64,000 bases of DNA from Gemmatimonadota bacterium (GCA_030747075.1 JASLLL010000001.1:78868-142867); one strand, 5' to 3'; shown: positions 27,173 to 37,162, numbered from the stretch's first letter. The notes: generated from the sequence alone by a model not told the origin. Made by a program: numbers and translations.

Positions 27173-29047
27173 CTACGGCGTGAATGTCAGTTCCCACACA
27201 TTCCACACGCCAACGCCCCAGGGCTCTGCTTCCAGATACAGTTCATCGAACTGATTGGAAGGACAGTCCGTCATGGAGACGAGAAGCGTCCATGACGCGG
27301 TGTCCGCGCTCCTGATCCAACTGGGGTGGAATACCTGGCGTGAACAGCTGAAGTTGTCCGAACTGCCGGGCGTCGGAACGAGAACCGGATCACCGACCGG
27401 CACCATGTTCGAAAGTTCCTGCACGAACAGCTTCCATGTGTCGGTGTCATTACTGACATATGCCAGATACTGCGTGCCATCGGGCATCGTCTCCGAGAGC
27501 GTCGGCCACTGAATCGGGCTCGGGCTTCCCAGGACGGGAGAAAGAAATGCCTTCGCTCCGGATGTGTCCAGTTCCCAGATCGTCGAGACATCCGACGATG
27601 CCCTGTAGAAGTCCGCCAGAAGTCCGGGGTGATCCTCGATCCTCGAAGCGTCGCTGCCAACCCGGGCCACGCGTACGGAACCCACGCCCGGCGAACCGCG
27701 CTTCACAAAGGTGCGACCGGATCCTGACATGTCAAAGTCAATACTGGTCGTCTCTCCCGGGGACAACTGGAGTGTCACGGTGTCAGCCACCGCACCCCGA
27801 TCCGCGATCACGGTAAAGTCCTCCAGATAGGCCTCGACCACCTCTCCGAAGGCGTCCACCTGGAAGGGAAGGATGCACTCATAGACGAGGTATTCGCCCG
27901 GGTTGTTTACGATCCCCACAAGGGGAAAGTCCTCACTCGTCACCCGGCCGTCATCGCGAGTCCAGAAGACATTGGTGGCTCCCTCATTGGATGTGATCTG
28001 CAGCACGGAACGCACCAGGCGGAAGACAAGGTCCACGACCATGTCGTCATTGGGATTCACGACGATCTCTTGAGTGAGCACGGTGTCACAGTAGGTCACC
28101 TGCGTGCTGTCCAGGAACCGGGAGTCCCTGCGGGCACCCAGGAGAAGAGTTCCGCCCGTTCCCACAGGGACGGACTGAAGAAGCCCGGGCGTCATGAGCG
28201 TGTCCGGACCCATGAGGATGGGGTAGGTGGGCTCCAGAAGGTCCAGGTCGCGAAAATAGACATAACTGGCGCTCTCCAGTGTGTCCGGGGGGACGACGGA
28301 GTCATCCACCTCCCAGGACCGCACGGAGATGTCGGCCACGCCCACCCGGTTCTGAGACTGAAAGAGCCTGGTGCCATCCGAGGAGACCGAGGGATGCCGA
28401 TCCACATAGGACTCCGAGGTGGCAAAAGAGGGGGGCGGAAATGTCCACTGCGTGAGAACCCCGGGAGCTCCGATGTCCACGCTGAATACCTTCTGGTCCC
28501 GCACCAGGAGAAGCGTGGTCTCGTCAGCCCATGCGGGATCCCGCACATCGGTGGCGACCATCGTGAAGCCGGACAGCACCGGAGCTTCGGTGGACGAAAC
28601 CGCGATGTCTACCGTCCACACTTCATAGTGTCCCGCGAGGCTCATGTGCGTGAATGCAATCCGGGTTCCGGAGGGCGACCACCGGGGGCGAAGGTTCAAC
28701 CCCGGGCCCATGTCGTTGTCGGTCAACTGAAACCGCATTCCATCCGAGCGCCTGAGCAGCCAGAGGTCTTCGTCGGTTTCCCGGTTCTCGTCCGGCGCCC
28801 CGGGGTCTTTTCGTATGGTGCTGTATGCGATGAAGTCCGAGTTGGCCGGATGCGCGTTCGCGTACCTCCCGAGGTCTGTCGTGAGCTTCACCCAGTTGTC
28901 GCAGTCGCGACAGGTGACCGGCACATCGTCACCCGTTTCCGAGCAACCGGTGGCCACGAAAGCCAGAGCGAAGACCGCAACAAACCAGACGCGCGTATGC
29001 CGAGTAATGGAGCGATTCACGAGTTTCACGCCTCCGCAAACGGGCAT
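27173..29047 (-). CDS. TolB-like beta-propeller lipoprotein
   Basis: The real start is probably the internal Met at ~29047 (MPVCGGVKLVNRSITRHTRVWFVAVFALAFVATGC, lipobox ATGC). The first ~104 aa of the 728-aa ORF are Arg/Pro-rich and not protein-like. PD40/TolB-like blades are present (PRWSPSGTRIAFTH; DRHPSVSSDGTRLFQSQ). Confidence 0.6.
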   Translation of the reverse strand: MPVCGGVKLVNRSITRHTRVWFVAVFALAFVATGCSETGDDVPVTCRDCDNWVKLTTDLGRYANAHPANSDFIAYSTIRKDPGAPDENRETDEDLWLLRRSDGMRFQLTDNDMGPGLNLRPRWSPSGTRIAFTHMSLAGHYEVWTVDIAVSSTEAPVLSGFTMVATDVRDPAWADETTLLLVRDQKVFSVDIGAPGVLTQWTFPPPSFATSESYVDRHPSVSSDGTRLFQSQNRVGVADISVRSWEVDDSVVPPDTLESASYVYFRDLDLLEPTYPILMGPDTLMTPGLLQSVPVGTGGTLLLGARRDSRFLDSTQVTYCDTVLTQEIVVNPNDDMVVDLVFRLVRSVLQITSNEGATNVFWTRDDGRVTSEDFPLVGIVNNPGEYLVYECILPFQVDAFGEVVEAYLEDFTVIADRGAVADTVTLQLSPGETTSIDFDMSGSGRTFVKRGSPGVGSVRVARVGSDASRIEDHPGLLADFYRASSDVSTIWELDTSGAKAFLSPVLGSPSPIQWPTLSETMPDGTQYLAYVSNDTDTWKLFVQELSNMVPVGDPVLVPTPGSSDNFSCSRQVFHPSWIRSADTASWTLLVSMTDCPSNQFDELYLEAEPWGVGVWNVWELTFTP

Positions 29048-29225
29048 GGGGGGACGCACCCGACCGCCGGGATGGGTCCCCGAAAAGCGGAGCCGACTAT
29101 ACGCAGCGCGCTGGAAAGGTGTCAAGCGGCGGAACGACTGCGCCCAAACCCGCAACTGCGGATTCTTCAAGTGATTGCGACCTGTTCCCCACGGGTTCCC
29201 CGACCCGCCCGGACGGGGAGGCGGG

Positions 29226-31667
29226 CTACTCTGTCGAAGGAGGAGGGGCCCGCGCCTCGCGCCGGGCGTCCAGCACATCCGGATCTCCGCCCTTTTCCAG
29301 ATAGAGGTCGAACAACGGGGCGGCCCCTTCGGGATCTTCGAGGAGAAACTCCCGCACAAGCCCCTGTGTCAGGTAGGGTTCGGGATTGCTCGGATCGGCC
29401 CGAGAAGCCCTCTGAAGGCTCGCGTGCGCCTCCTCACCCTTGCCCAGCATGGCCTGCGTGCGCCCCAGATACAGGAACACCCCCGGGAGGCGCGGTTCCG
29501 CCTCCGCCGCGCGCAGAAAGGCGTCCTCCGCACCCACCGCCTCTCCGGCCTCCAGCAGCAGCAGTCCCAGCCCGCGCGAGGCCTCCGGGCAGGCGTCTCC
29601 CCTCTCGAACAGCCTGCGATAAAGGTCGATGGCTGCCGCGACATTCCCCTTCAGCCGTGTCAGCTCCGCCAGGCGGTAATCCTCGTCGCTCTCGAAGCAC
29701 CCGCCCGCTCCGGCTTCACGAAGTCGCCCCAAATCCTCGATAAACAGCATGTAGCGTCCCATCTGGGCGCGTGCGGAGTCGTTGTGAGGTGCCTGCCAGC
29801 GGTCGTTGTACTCGCGGACCGCCAAGAACTCCCTGCGGGCTCCTTCCACATCTCCCAGCCAGAGAAGCTCCGCCCCCAGCGCGGAATGCCCGAGCAGGTA
29901 GCGAGGTTCCACGGCCACCGCCTGTCGAAGGGCTTCGGCCGCCTCTTCATGCCGCCCCAGTTCGGAGAGGATCACGCCCCGGTTGAACGGCGGGCGGTAG
30001 TAGTCGGGGTTGATCTCTTCCGCGCGGCGAATGTGCTCGAGCCCCTCCTCCAGTTGCCCCAGCCGCACCAGGTCCACTCCGAGATTCAGATGGCACTTGT
30101 CGTACTCGGGCTTCAGTTCGAGCGCGGATCGGTAGTGCTCCACGGCGGCCTCGTGGTCTCCTTCTCCGTCAGAGACGATGCCGTGCCGGTAGAGAATCTG
30201 CGCAATCCCCTTGCTTTCGTCCACGCCGTACACATTCGCGCTCATGAAGAGGCCGATCGCGACGGCACCCGCCACCGCACCCGCCCCCTTTGCCCAGGCC
30301 CGCGCCCGAGTCAGAGCGGCCAGTTCCACCAGCGCAACCCCCGCGAAGAGAACGAGCGCGGGCACAATGGGAAGCCGGTAGCGCGCCAGCACGAAGAAGA
30401 CGATCACGCTTGCGGAGTAGAACCCCACGAAGAGGTAGGGCAGCATCCATCGGCGACGACGACGCCAGGACAGCACCATCCCCAGTACGGCCAGCGGCCC
30501 GAGCACCAGGAAGGTGAACGCCGGCCCTCCAATGGCCCGGCTGAAGTGTCGGAAGTAGCCGAAGTGCTCGATCTGCGGGATCTCGTAGGTGGCCCAGAAG
30601 TGATACGCCTTCATGACCATGAGCGACATCCAACGCGCCGGGTCCCCCCCGATTGTGCGCAGCGTCTCCTTCAGGTAGAAGTCGTTGACCTCGGTAAACG
30701 AGAGCCTCCGGCCCGTGACCTTCTCCGCCTCGGTCCGGCACTCCACATCCTTGTGCAGGTCCGCGACGATCTGCCTCGTGACGGCGTGCTCCCCGACACC
30801 TTCCGTGACGAACAGCACAGGAGTCTCGTGGCCACCGCGTGCCATCGGGCCGTTGCCGATGTACAGGTTGAGTCCGCCGTTTGTCGTCAGGAGGGTGGGA
30901 TCGTCGGTCCGTGCGTTGTGGATCGTTGCGGGGGAGATGGCAAGAAGCGTTCCCGCCGTCAGTACGAGTGCGCCGGGCAGGCCGCGCCGGAGATTCGCGA
31001 GTGCGGGCGAAAACTCCCGGCCCCACGCACATGCCAGCCAGAGGAACGCCGCGGGAGCAAAGAGCAGAATGTTCCCGCGACCCAGCGCATACACGCCCAT
31101 GACGAACCCGGCGGCAAAGGCGTGCGACAGCGACGACCGGCGGGCTGCATCGTGCAGCAGCAGCAGAAGGGAAGCTGCGAGGAAGACGGTGAGGGTCGGA
31201 TAGAGAATCGAGGTGGAGTAGTAGATCAGCGGGCCGTAGAGCGCGACCATCGCGGAGCACGCCATCGCGAGATTCCGCCCGCCGAAACGGCGACCCAGAC
31301 CGTGCGCCACCACCACGGTCGCGACGGAAAGCCCAATCTGCAGAAAGCGCACCATCCATAACCCTGGCCCGAAGAAGTAGTGCACCAGCGCGAGAAGGTG
31401 CGGATAGAGCGGCCCCATGAAGTACGGATCGCTTCGCTGAATCCCTCCCGCCAGAATGGCGCCCGCCCAGTCTTCGTAGTACTTCGAGTCCAGCCCCAGA
31501 AAGTCGAACCAGGAGTGCGCACGCATCGAGTGCCAGTGAATCAGCCGAAGCGCGGACGCCACCAGTACCGCGCCCCACAACCACGACCGTTCGAGGAGGC
31601 TCGTGGGCGAACGGTCCGCCGGGGAGGCTGTGGGCGGGTTTTGGGTCGCTTTACTGGTCACCGTCAT
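29226..31667 (-). CDS. GT-C fold glycosyltransferase (PMT_2/ArnT-like) fused to C-terminal TPR repeats (TMTC-like), paralog of 16115..17878
   Basis: N-terminal ~450 aa form a multi-TM region with PMT_2-type features (GLDSKYYEDWAGAILAGGIQRSDPYFMGPLYPHLLALV). The C-terminal ~330 aa are TPR (ILYRHGIVSDGEGDHEAAVEHYRSALELKPEYDKCHLNLG...). Its start codon is 4 nt downstream of the YfhO-AlkP ORF stop. Confidence 0.75.
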   Translation of the reverse strand: MTVTSKATQNPPTASPADRSPTSLLERSWLWGAVLVASALRLIHWHSMRAHSWFDFLGLDSKYYEDWAGAILAGGIQRSDPYFMGPLYPHLLALVHYFFGPGLWMVRFLQIGLSVATVVVAHGLGRRFGGRNLAMACSAMVALYGPLIYYSTSILYPTLTVFLAASLLLLLHDAARRSSLSHAFAAGFVMGVYALGRGNILLFAPAAFLWLACAWGREFSPALANLRRGLPGALVLTAGTLLAISPATIHNARTDDPTLLTTNGGLNLYIGNGPMARGGHETPVLFVTEGVGEHAVTRQIVADLHKDVECRTEAEKVTGRRLSFTEVNDFYLKETLRTIGGDPARWMSLMVMKAYHFWATYEIPQIEHFGYFRHFSRAIGGPAFTFLVLGPLAVLGMVLSWRRRRRWMLPYLFVGFYSASVIVFFVLARYRLPIVPALVLFAGVALVELAALTRARAWAKGAGAVAGAVAIGLFMSANVYGVDESKGIAQILYRHGIVSDGEGDHEAAVEHYRSALELKPEYDKCHLNLGVDLVRLGQLEEGLEHIRRAEEINPDYYRPPFNRGVILSELGRHEEAAEALRQAVAVEPRYLLGHSALGAELLWLGDVEGARREFLAVREYNDRWQAPHNDSARAQMGRYMLFIEDLGRLREAGAGGCFESDEDYRLAELTRLKGNVAAAIDLYRRLFERGDACPEASRGLGLLLLEAGEAVGAEDAFLRAAEAEPRLPGVFLYLGRTQAMLGKGEEAHASLQRASRADPSNPEPYLTQGLVREFLLEDPEGAAPLFDLYLEKGGDPDVLDARREARAPPPSTE

Positions 31668-31673
31668 GGCTCC

Positions 31674-34600
31674 TTATTGAACATAACCGAGCGATCGGAG
31701 TTGCTCCTCCACGGATCGGTCGTTTCCGGTCGTGCCGGATGGCCGCGACTCCCCGGGTCGGCGCAGGCCGTCCGTCGGGGTCCCGGAGAAAACCACCGGA
31801 CGCGCGGCGATGCAACCCGAACGAAAGAGATGATCCGCCACACGGCCGGTGTATCGACCCGGAACCGCCTCTCCCAGCAGGTGGAGAACGGTTGGGGAGA
31901 TGTCCGCCAGATTCAGCTCCGCGCGAGCACCCGGCGCGAACGGCGGCCCTGTCGCCGCAAAGTACCCGACCCGTCGATGATAGCCCGAGAACACCTTTGG
32001 CGGAATCGGCACGACCACCGGACCGGCCGGATCCCACGGGATGAGGAGGAACCCCTCGGCTTCGATGGCGCAAACATCCGGCCCGACGCCCTGCCCGAAG
32101 CCGGTACCCGGCGTCCCGGCAAGGTCGTGAACTTCGCGGAAGAGGAGATTGCCACGAGGCCCACGCACTTCCCGAAGATGGCGGACGAACAGAGCGCGCG
32201 CCTCCGCATCCTTGCGCATGAGGTAGAACTCGCCGCCGAAGAGACTCCTCGATCCGGGATTCAGCTCCGCAACTTCCGGCGGGATTCCGGCCAGCAGTGC
32301 GTCACGCGAGATCCCCCGGTACGCCGGGCCGAACCCGTGGTCGGCCAGTACCACCAGTGCGGTTTCTTTCGGAAGGCGGTGGCGCACTTCGCCGAGAACC
32401 TCGTCGCACCATGCGTAAATGTCGCGGACCGCGGTGCGGAGAGGCTCGGGGGCGCCGGGATCGTGGCGGGGGTGCGCGGAATCGTGGAACTTCCAGAGGT
32501 GATGCTGAATGCGATCCGGCACCGTGAACACGATGAACGACAGGTCCGGCGATGCATCGAACAGAAGGTCCAGCCCGATCTCCCGACGCGCCTCCGCCTT
32601 TGCCCGAAGGTCCGCCAGCCACGACAGCTCCTGTCCCGGGGGAGGGAGCCCGGGAAGTTCGTCGCGCGGATATCCGGCCCCCGCCAGAGAGTCCGCGAGG
32701 GAGGGTGGCCAGGTGAGCGGCGCCCCCTCAGGATAGGGAAAGCCCGCGACCATGAAGCCGCGCACCGAGTCCGGCGGGCAGGTCACCGGCACATTGACGA
32801 CCCCCACCGTGCGGCCCGCAGACGCAAGATCCTGCCAGACGGTGGGCGCAAGGCGGTGGGTCGCGTCGATGTACGCGCCACGCGGGTCGCTCCGGTCATC
32901 GCCGACCACCCAGAACCCCCACACGCCATGCGCGGAAGGTTCGACGCCGGTCGTGGCCGTCGTCCATGCGGGCGGGGAAATCATGGGGAGCGTACTGCGC
33001 ACCCCCCCGGCCGCGCCCTCTGCCCGGAGGCGCGCGAAGTTCGGCAGGAGCCCTTCGGCTTCCATCTCCTCCACAAGCCCGGCATCCAGCCCGTCGAATC
33101 CGAGAACGAATACCGGCGCGGGTTTCGCGGCCTCCTGCGCCGCGTTTCCGCCGCACGCGCCCAGAAGGAACGGGAGCACAACGCACGCCGCCACCGACGC
33201 AACCCGGCGGCGCGGGATGCAAAGGAGCGCCCCGGCGGCAAGCAGCCCCGCGATCGAGAGAATGCGCCCCGCCCGCACCGGGATGGGATTGTAAACCATG
33301 CGAACCTCATGCTCCCCCGGCGGGACGACCACCCCGCGCACCACCCCGTACACGGGAAGCACGGGGGCATCGTCACCGTCGATCTCCGCGCGCCACCCGG
33401 GACTGTAGGTGTCCGCAAGCACCAGGAGCCGTTCAGCCGGGGCTTCCGTGACAAGTCTCACCTCGTTCCAGGAGTCGCGCATCATGCGAACCGTCCCGGC
33501 TTCGTCGCTCTCGCTCCCTTCCTCGCCTACGGATCCCACGCCCACCCAGTACGCTTCGCATCCGGGAGCGAACGCCCCCTCGGCAAGCACCGACTCCATT
33601 TCCAGTTCGGACACGCCGTGAGCGCGAGCCACCAGCCGCGCACGGGGAAGCGCCTCTTCGTTGACGAAGACGCGAAATCCCCCGCCCTTGATCTCACGCC
33701 ATCCGCGCGCCGAGAGAGTCTCGGTGCCGACCGCAGCGCGAACGGAAAGCGCATCGAGAACGGGATGCTCCATCGAAGACGCGCGCTCGGGCGCGAGAAT
33801 CCTCCGGCCCGACCAGATCCCGCCGGTGAAGAGTTCCTCCCCCAGCGCGGTCTCCAACGCGTCGCCAACACGACGCTCCGCCAGCGCGTTGTAGCCCTGC
33901 AGGTCGCGCAACCGGAACGGCACATTCGTCGAGGGAGGCAGCACGCCAGAGAGCTTCCCCGCGCGCGCTGCCGGGTGCCGCCCGAATCGGAGGAAGCGTC
34001 CGCCGCCCATGCCCTCGTCCTCCAGCACGCTTCGAAGCGCGGTGATGGACGGCGTCTCGACGAAGACCTCCGAAGGCAGCCGGTCTCCCCGGTAAGGCGC
34101 GGCCAGCGGGTAGAGTTGCACAAGAGCCAGCACGAACGGTGCGGCCGCGACGAGCGGCCGTGCGCCAAGGAGAAACGCGACGCCCGTTCCGGCCGCGAAG
34201 AGTGCCGCGGTGGTCGTCCGCGCGAGAACGGTCGTGGCAAACTCCACGGGGAGCGGCTCCCCCGCGCCCAGAAGAAGCGGAAGGTCCGCGCCCGCCCGAC
34301 GCACCAGCAGCCATCCACCCGCGGCCAGGAGTATCGTGCCGACGCCCGCGACGCGTCGCCAACGCCCATCCGCGCGAAGAAGATCCGCGGCGCCGTATGC
34401 GGCCAGCACGAACTGCGCGACGACCAACAGGTACCCGGCGCGATCCATCCGCGAGAACGAGAACCCGGGGAGGACGGCGTGCGCGAACCGGGCCGGCGGA
34501 GCGGCGAACGCAATCCCGGCAAACGCGACGAACACCGCCGCCCACGGCAGCGCGTCACGGCGCGTGCGGGGATTCGCCACAGCCCAGAGCGCCAGCAGGA

Positions 34601-35606
34601 ATACCGGCGTCGCGGCGGAGATGGTGTTGAGCTGGTGCCGCAGGTAGAAACCATCGCCGCGCGGGAAGAGAAGGCTCCACTCGTCTCCGGTGACGGGCGA
34701 ACCGAAGAAGTTCGGCACGAGGAAGCGGATGGCCTCCACCGGGTGCACGGAACCGGACGCAACCGTGGCAAAGGGCAGCGACGCGCGCGCGGACCGGGAC
34801 GCCAGATCCACGGTCGGGAGAAGTTGCGCGGCGGAGAGCAGGAAGGCCAGCACCCCCGCCGCCGCAAACGCCCCGAGGGTGGGGGCGAGTCGCGGGCGCT
34901 TCGCGGAGTCCGTCGGAAATGCGTACAGGACGATCAGGACCAGCAGGGTCGCATAGATCGTGTGGAAGAAGGTCTGTGGCTGCCCCGCCAGAAAGAGAAA
35001 CGCGCCGACCATGCCCAGCCATGCGCTCTCGCGAAGTCCGGGCCGCGCAAAGACCGAAAGCGCCGCCGCCAGAAACCACGGTGTCCAGGCCGCCGCCGCC
35101 AGAAAGGTCGGCTGGCCGAAGTGCTTGGCGAAGTACTCGTTCAGGCAGAAGGCCGCGGCAGCGCTCAACGCAACAAGCGGGGGGACGCGATGCCGGAGAA
35201 GCAGCAACATGCCCAGGCCGCCCCACGCCGCGTGCAGAAAGAGGAAGAGGCCGAGTTGCCGGGCGGGATCCATCGGGAAGAGCGCCCAGTTTGGGGGGTA
35301 GAGTACGCCTGCCTGCACATCGGCCAGAAACGGCGTGCCCCCGAAGGAGTACGGATTCCAGAGCGGCACTTCGCCGTCCTTCCACGCCGCATGGAGCACG
35401 GCGCGGCGCGGGTAGTACGAGAGGTTGCAGTCCGGGTTGTGCGAAGGGGACCCGACGCTCTCCTTCGGCCCTTCGACTCCCCACGGCAGCCAGCGGTCCA
35501 TCCCGCTCGTCACGGCAACGCGGCCGCCGAAAAGTTCCGGGGCAAAGAACACCGCCGCGAGCACCACGACGACCATGCCGGAGAGCACCAGACGACGGCG
35601 GGTCAT
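31674..35606 (-). CDS. YfhO-like polytopic membrane glycosyltransferase fused in-frame to a C-terminal alkaline-phosphatase-superfamily (type I phosphodiesterase/NPP-like) domain
   Basis: The 1453-aa ORF begins with a ~143-aa Arg-rich non-protein-like extension. The real start is the internal Met MTRRRLVLSGMVVVVLAAVFFAPELFGG at ~35606, which overlaps the upstream gene's stop (ATGA). Residues ~144-890 are YfhO-like (many TM helices; NPYSFGGTPFLADVQAGVLYPPNWALF; terminal TM ILSIAGLLAAGALLCIPRRR). With no stop codon they continue into VASVAACVVLPFLLGACGGN... and an NPP/AlkP-like domain (PVFVLGFDGLDAGL...LPNFARLRAEGAAGG...LPMISPPAWTTATTGVEPSAHGV...LADHGFG), ending ...EEQLRSLGYVQ. The domain junction is near 33357. 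Confidence 0.65.
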   Translation of the reverse strand: MTRRRLVLSGMVVVVLAAVFFAPELFGGRVAVTSGMDRWLPWGVEGPKESVGSPSHNPDCNLSYYPRRAVLHAAWKDGEVPLWNPYSFGGTPFLADVQAGVLYPPNWALFPMDPARQLGLFLFLHAAWGGLGMLLLLRHRVPPLVALSAAAAFCLNEYFAKHFGQPTFLAAAAWTPWFLAAALSVFARPGLRESAWLGMVGAFLFLAGQPQTFFHTIYATLLVLIVLYAFPTDSAKRPRLAPTLGAFAAAGVLAFLLSAAQLLPTVDLASRSARASLPFATVASGSVHPVEAIRFLVPNFFGSPVTGDEWSLLFPRGDGFYLRHQLNTISAATPVFLLALWAVANPRTRRDALPWAAVFVAFAGIAFAAPPARFAHAVLPGFSFSRMDRAGYLLVVAQFVLAAYGAADLLRADGRWRRVAGVGTILLAAGGWLLVRRAGADLPLLLGAGEPLPVEFATTVLARTTTAALFAAGTGVAFLLGARPLVAAAPFVLALVQLYPLAAPYRGDRLPSEVFVETPSITALRSVLEDEGMGGGRFLRFGRHPAARAGKLSGVLPPSTNVPFRLRDLQGYNALAERRVGDALETALGEELFTGGIWSGRRILAPERASSMEHPVLDALSVRAAVGTETLSARGWREIKGGGFRVFVNEEALPRARLVARAHGVSELEMESVLAEGAFAPGCEAYWVGVGSVGEEGSESDEAGTVRMMRDSWNEVRLVTEAPAERLLVLADTYSPGWRAEIDGDDAPVLPVYGVVRGVVVPPGEHEVRMVYNPIPVRAGRILSIAGLLAAGALLCIPRRRVASVAACVVLPFLLGACGGNAAQEAAKPAPVFVLGFDGLDAGLVEEMEAEGLLPNFARLRAEGAAGGVRSTLPMISPPAWTTATTGVEPSAHGVWGFWVVGDDRSDPRGAYIDATHRLAPTVWQDLASAGRTVGVVNVPVTCPPDSVRGFMVAGFPYPEGAPLTWPPSLADSLAGAGYPRDELPGLPPPGQELSWLADLRAKAEARREIGLDLLFDASPDLSFIVFTVPDRIQHHLWKFHDSAHPRHDPGAPEPLRTAVRDIYAWCDEVLGEVRHRLPKETALVVLADHGFGPAYRGISRDALLAGIPPEVAELNPGSRSLFGGEFYLMRKDAEARALFVRHLREVRGPRGNLLFREVHDLAGTPGTGFGQGVGPDVCAIEAEGFLLIPWDPAGPVVVPIPPKVFSGYHRRVGYFAATGPPFAPGARAELNLADISPTVLHLLGEAVPGRYTGRVADHLFRSGCIAARPVVFSGTPTDGLRRPGESRPSGTTGNDRSVEEQLRSLGYVQ

Positions 35607-37162
35607 CGCGGACCCCCGTCGGTTCGGCGAAGTGCGGTTCGCAGCACTGCGGTCCACTCGCGCTCCGCGACGCCGTCTTCGCTCAGGAGCCTGACGGCGC
35701 GGGCGTCGTTCCCGGCGGCCGCCTCCGCGCCGGCGAGCATCCACGCCGCGTGGTGCGCTCCGGCAACCGGGAGGTGTCGCGCCGAACCGAACACGCGTGC
35801 GACACCGAGATGGCGCGGCCCCGGAAGCACATAGACCCCGGCGACCAGCGGCCACGCGCGCACCCACAGGAGAAGCACCACCGTCGCGACCACGACCGAG
35901 CGCCGGAGTATTCCGCGCTCCCGGATTCTCCGGGCGGCAGCGACCGCCGCCACCGCGAGAATGGGAACGAGCGGTTGATGCATTCGCGAGTGCCCGTACA
36001 CGACCATGTGGACGACGAAGTAGACCGCGACCCACGACACCGCCAGCGAACGAAACCGTGACCGCCGCATGGCGGCCAGCCCCACGGGGCCACCGATGAG
36101 GAAAACCACCGACGCCGCCAGCGTGAGAAGCGAAAGCGCGACCGCCGCGCCCGGCGACACCGGCCCGTACCAGTCGCGAAGAAGGTGGCGCGGCAGGAAG
36201 AAATCAGGCGACCAGAACGCCGCCGCCTTCCCCGGCGCGCGAAGCAGGGCGGCGGCCGGGTCCCGCGCCACTTCCTCCATGGCCCGCGCGCGGTACCATC
36301 GGTCGCGGGCAATCCGGGCATCTTCGCCGCGCCCCGCGCCATCGGCGGCCATGCGCCGCTCCACATCTTCCCGCCAGCGCGGATCGGACAGCGGCACGCC
36401 CACGCCATTCCCGGGCGCAAGCCCCACCGACCAGAGCGCGGGCAGCCCTTCGCCCAGGTAGCGGTTGTGCCCGCTCCACAGGTTGAATCCGCCGTTTGCG
36501 TCGATGAGAACGGGTTCGCCCGCCCTCCCGCTGGCGTGCAGGCTCCACGGCGCCACGATCACCACGCCCGCGGCCAGGAGGGCACCCGCGCAGAGGAGGC
36601 GACGACCGCGCGGAGCGGACGCGGCAAGCCACACGGCACTCACCGCGAGAAGCGCAAGCCCCGTCGACCGGGTCAGCGCCGCCGCGCCCAGCAGCGCGCC
36701 CGCCCCGGCCGCGCGAAACGCCCCGCCGCGTCGCGACGCCGCCGGTAGCAACGCGAACGCCGCCAGCGCGAGGAATCCGTAGAGCGTCTCCGACCATAGA
36801 AGATGCGAGAAGGCAATGTGCGACGGATGAAGCGCGACGAGCGCGGAGGCCGCGAGTGCCCCGCGAGTGCCCAGCGGACGACGCGCGACGCGCCACACGA
36901 GCGCCACCGTTCCGACACTCAGGAGCGCCTGAAGAACGCGCACGCCCACGGCCTGCCCGCCGGAGAGCAGAAGCCCCGCCGCCGTGAACCACTGGTAGCC
37001 GGGTGCCCGCCAGAGCGCCGGGCCGCCTTCATCCGAAGCGATCCGGGCGCCGTAGGACAGGAACTCGGTCTCGTCGTAGCGGGGTGTGAGGTCCGCAAAG
37101 AAAACCGCGAGGGCCACGCGAAGGACCAGCGCCCCCGCGAGAATCCCGGCGAGTCCTCTCAC
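35603..37162 (-). CDS. ArnT/PMT_2-like GT-C fold membrane glycosyltransferase (no TPR)
   Basis: About 12 TM helices with ArnT/PMT_2-like N-terminal features (LTPRYDETEFLSYGARIA...LHPSHIAFSHLLWSETLYGF). The first ~99 aa of the 618-aa ORF are not protein-like. The likely start is an in-frame GTG at ~37162 that overlaps the GT2 stop (GTGA), giving MRGLAGILAGALVLRVALAVFF. Confidence 0.7.
   Translation of the reverse strand: MRGLAGILAGALVLRVALAVFFADLTPRYDETEFLSYGARIASDEGGPALWRAPGYQWFTAAGLLLSGGQAVGVRVLQALLSVGTVALVWRVARRPLGTRGALAASALVALHPSHIAFSHLLWSETLYGFLALAAFALLPAASRRGGAFRAAGAGALLGAAALTRSTGLALLAVSAVWLAASAPRGRRLLCAGALLAAGVVIVAPWSLHASGRAGEPVLIDANGGFNLWSGHNRYLGEGLPALWSVGLAPGNGVGVPLSDPRWREDVERRMAADGAGRGEDARIARDRWYRARAMEEVARDPAAALLRAPGKAAAFWSPDFFLPRHLLRDWYGPVSPGAAVALSLLTLAASVVFLIGGPVGLAAMRRSRFRSLAVSWVAVYFVVHMVVYGHSRMHQPLVPILAVAAVAAARRIRERGILRRSVVVATVVLLLWVRAWPLVAGVYVLPGPRHLGVARVFGSARHLPVAGAHHAAWMLAGAEAAAGNDARAVRLLSEDGVAEREWTAVLRTALRRTDGGPR

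Noticed and set aside
31380-35834. 1484-aa + strand ORF
   Set aside because: Antisense to the YfhO-AlkP, ArnT-like and TMTC-like genes; Arg/Glu/Pro-rich low-complexity sequence.
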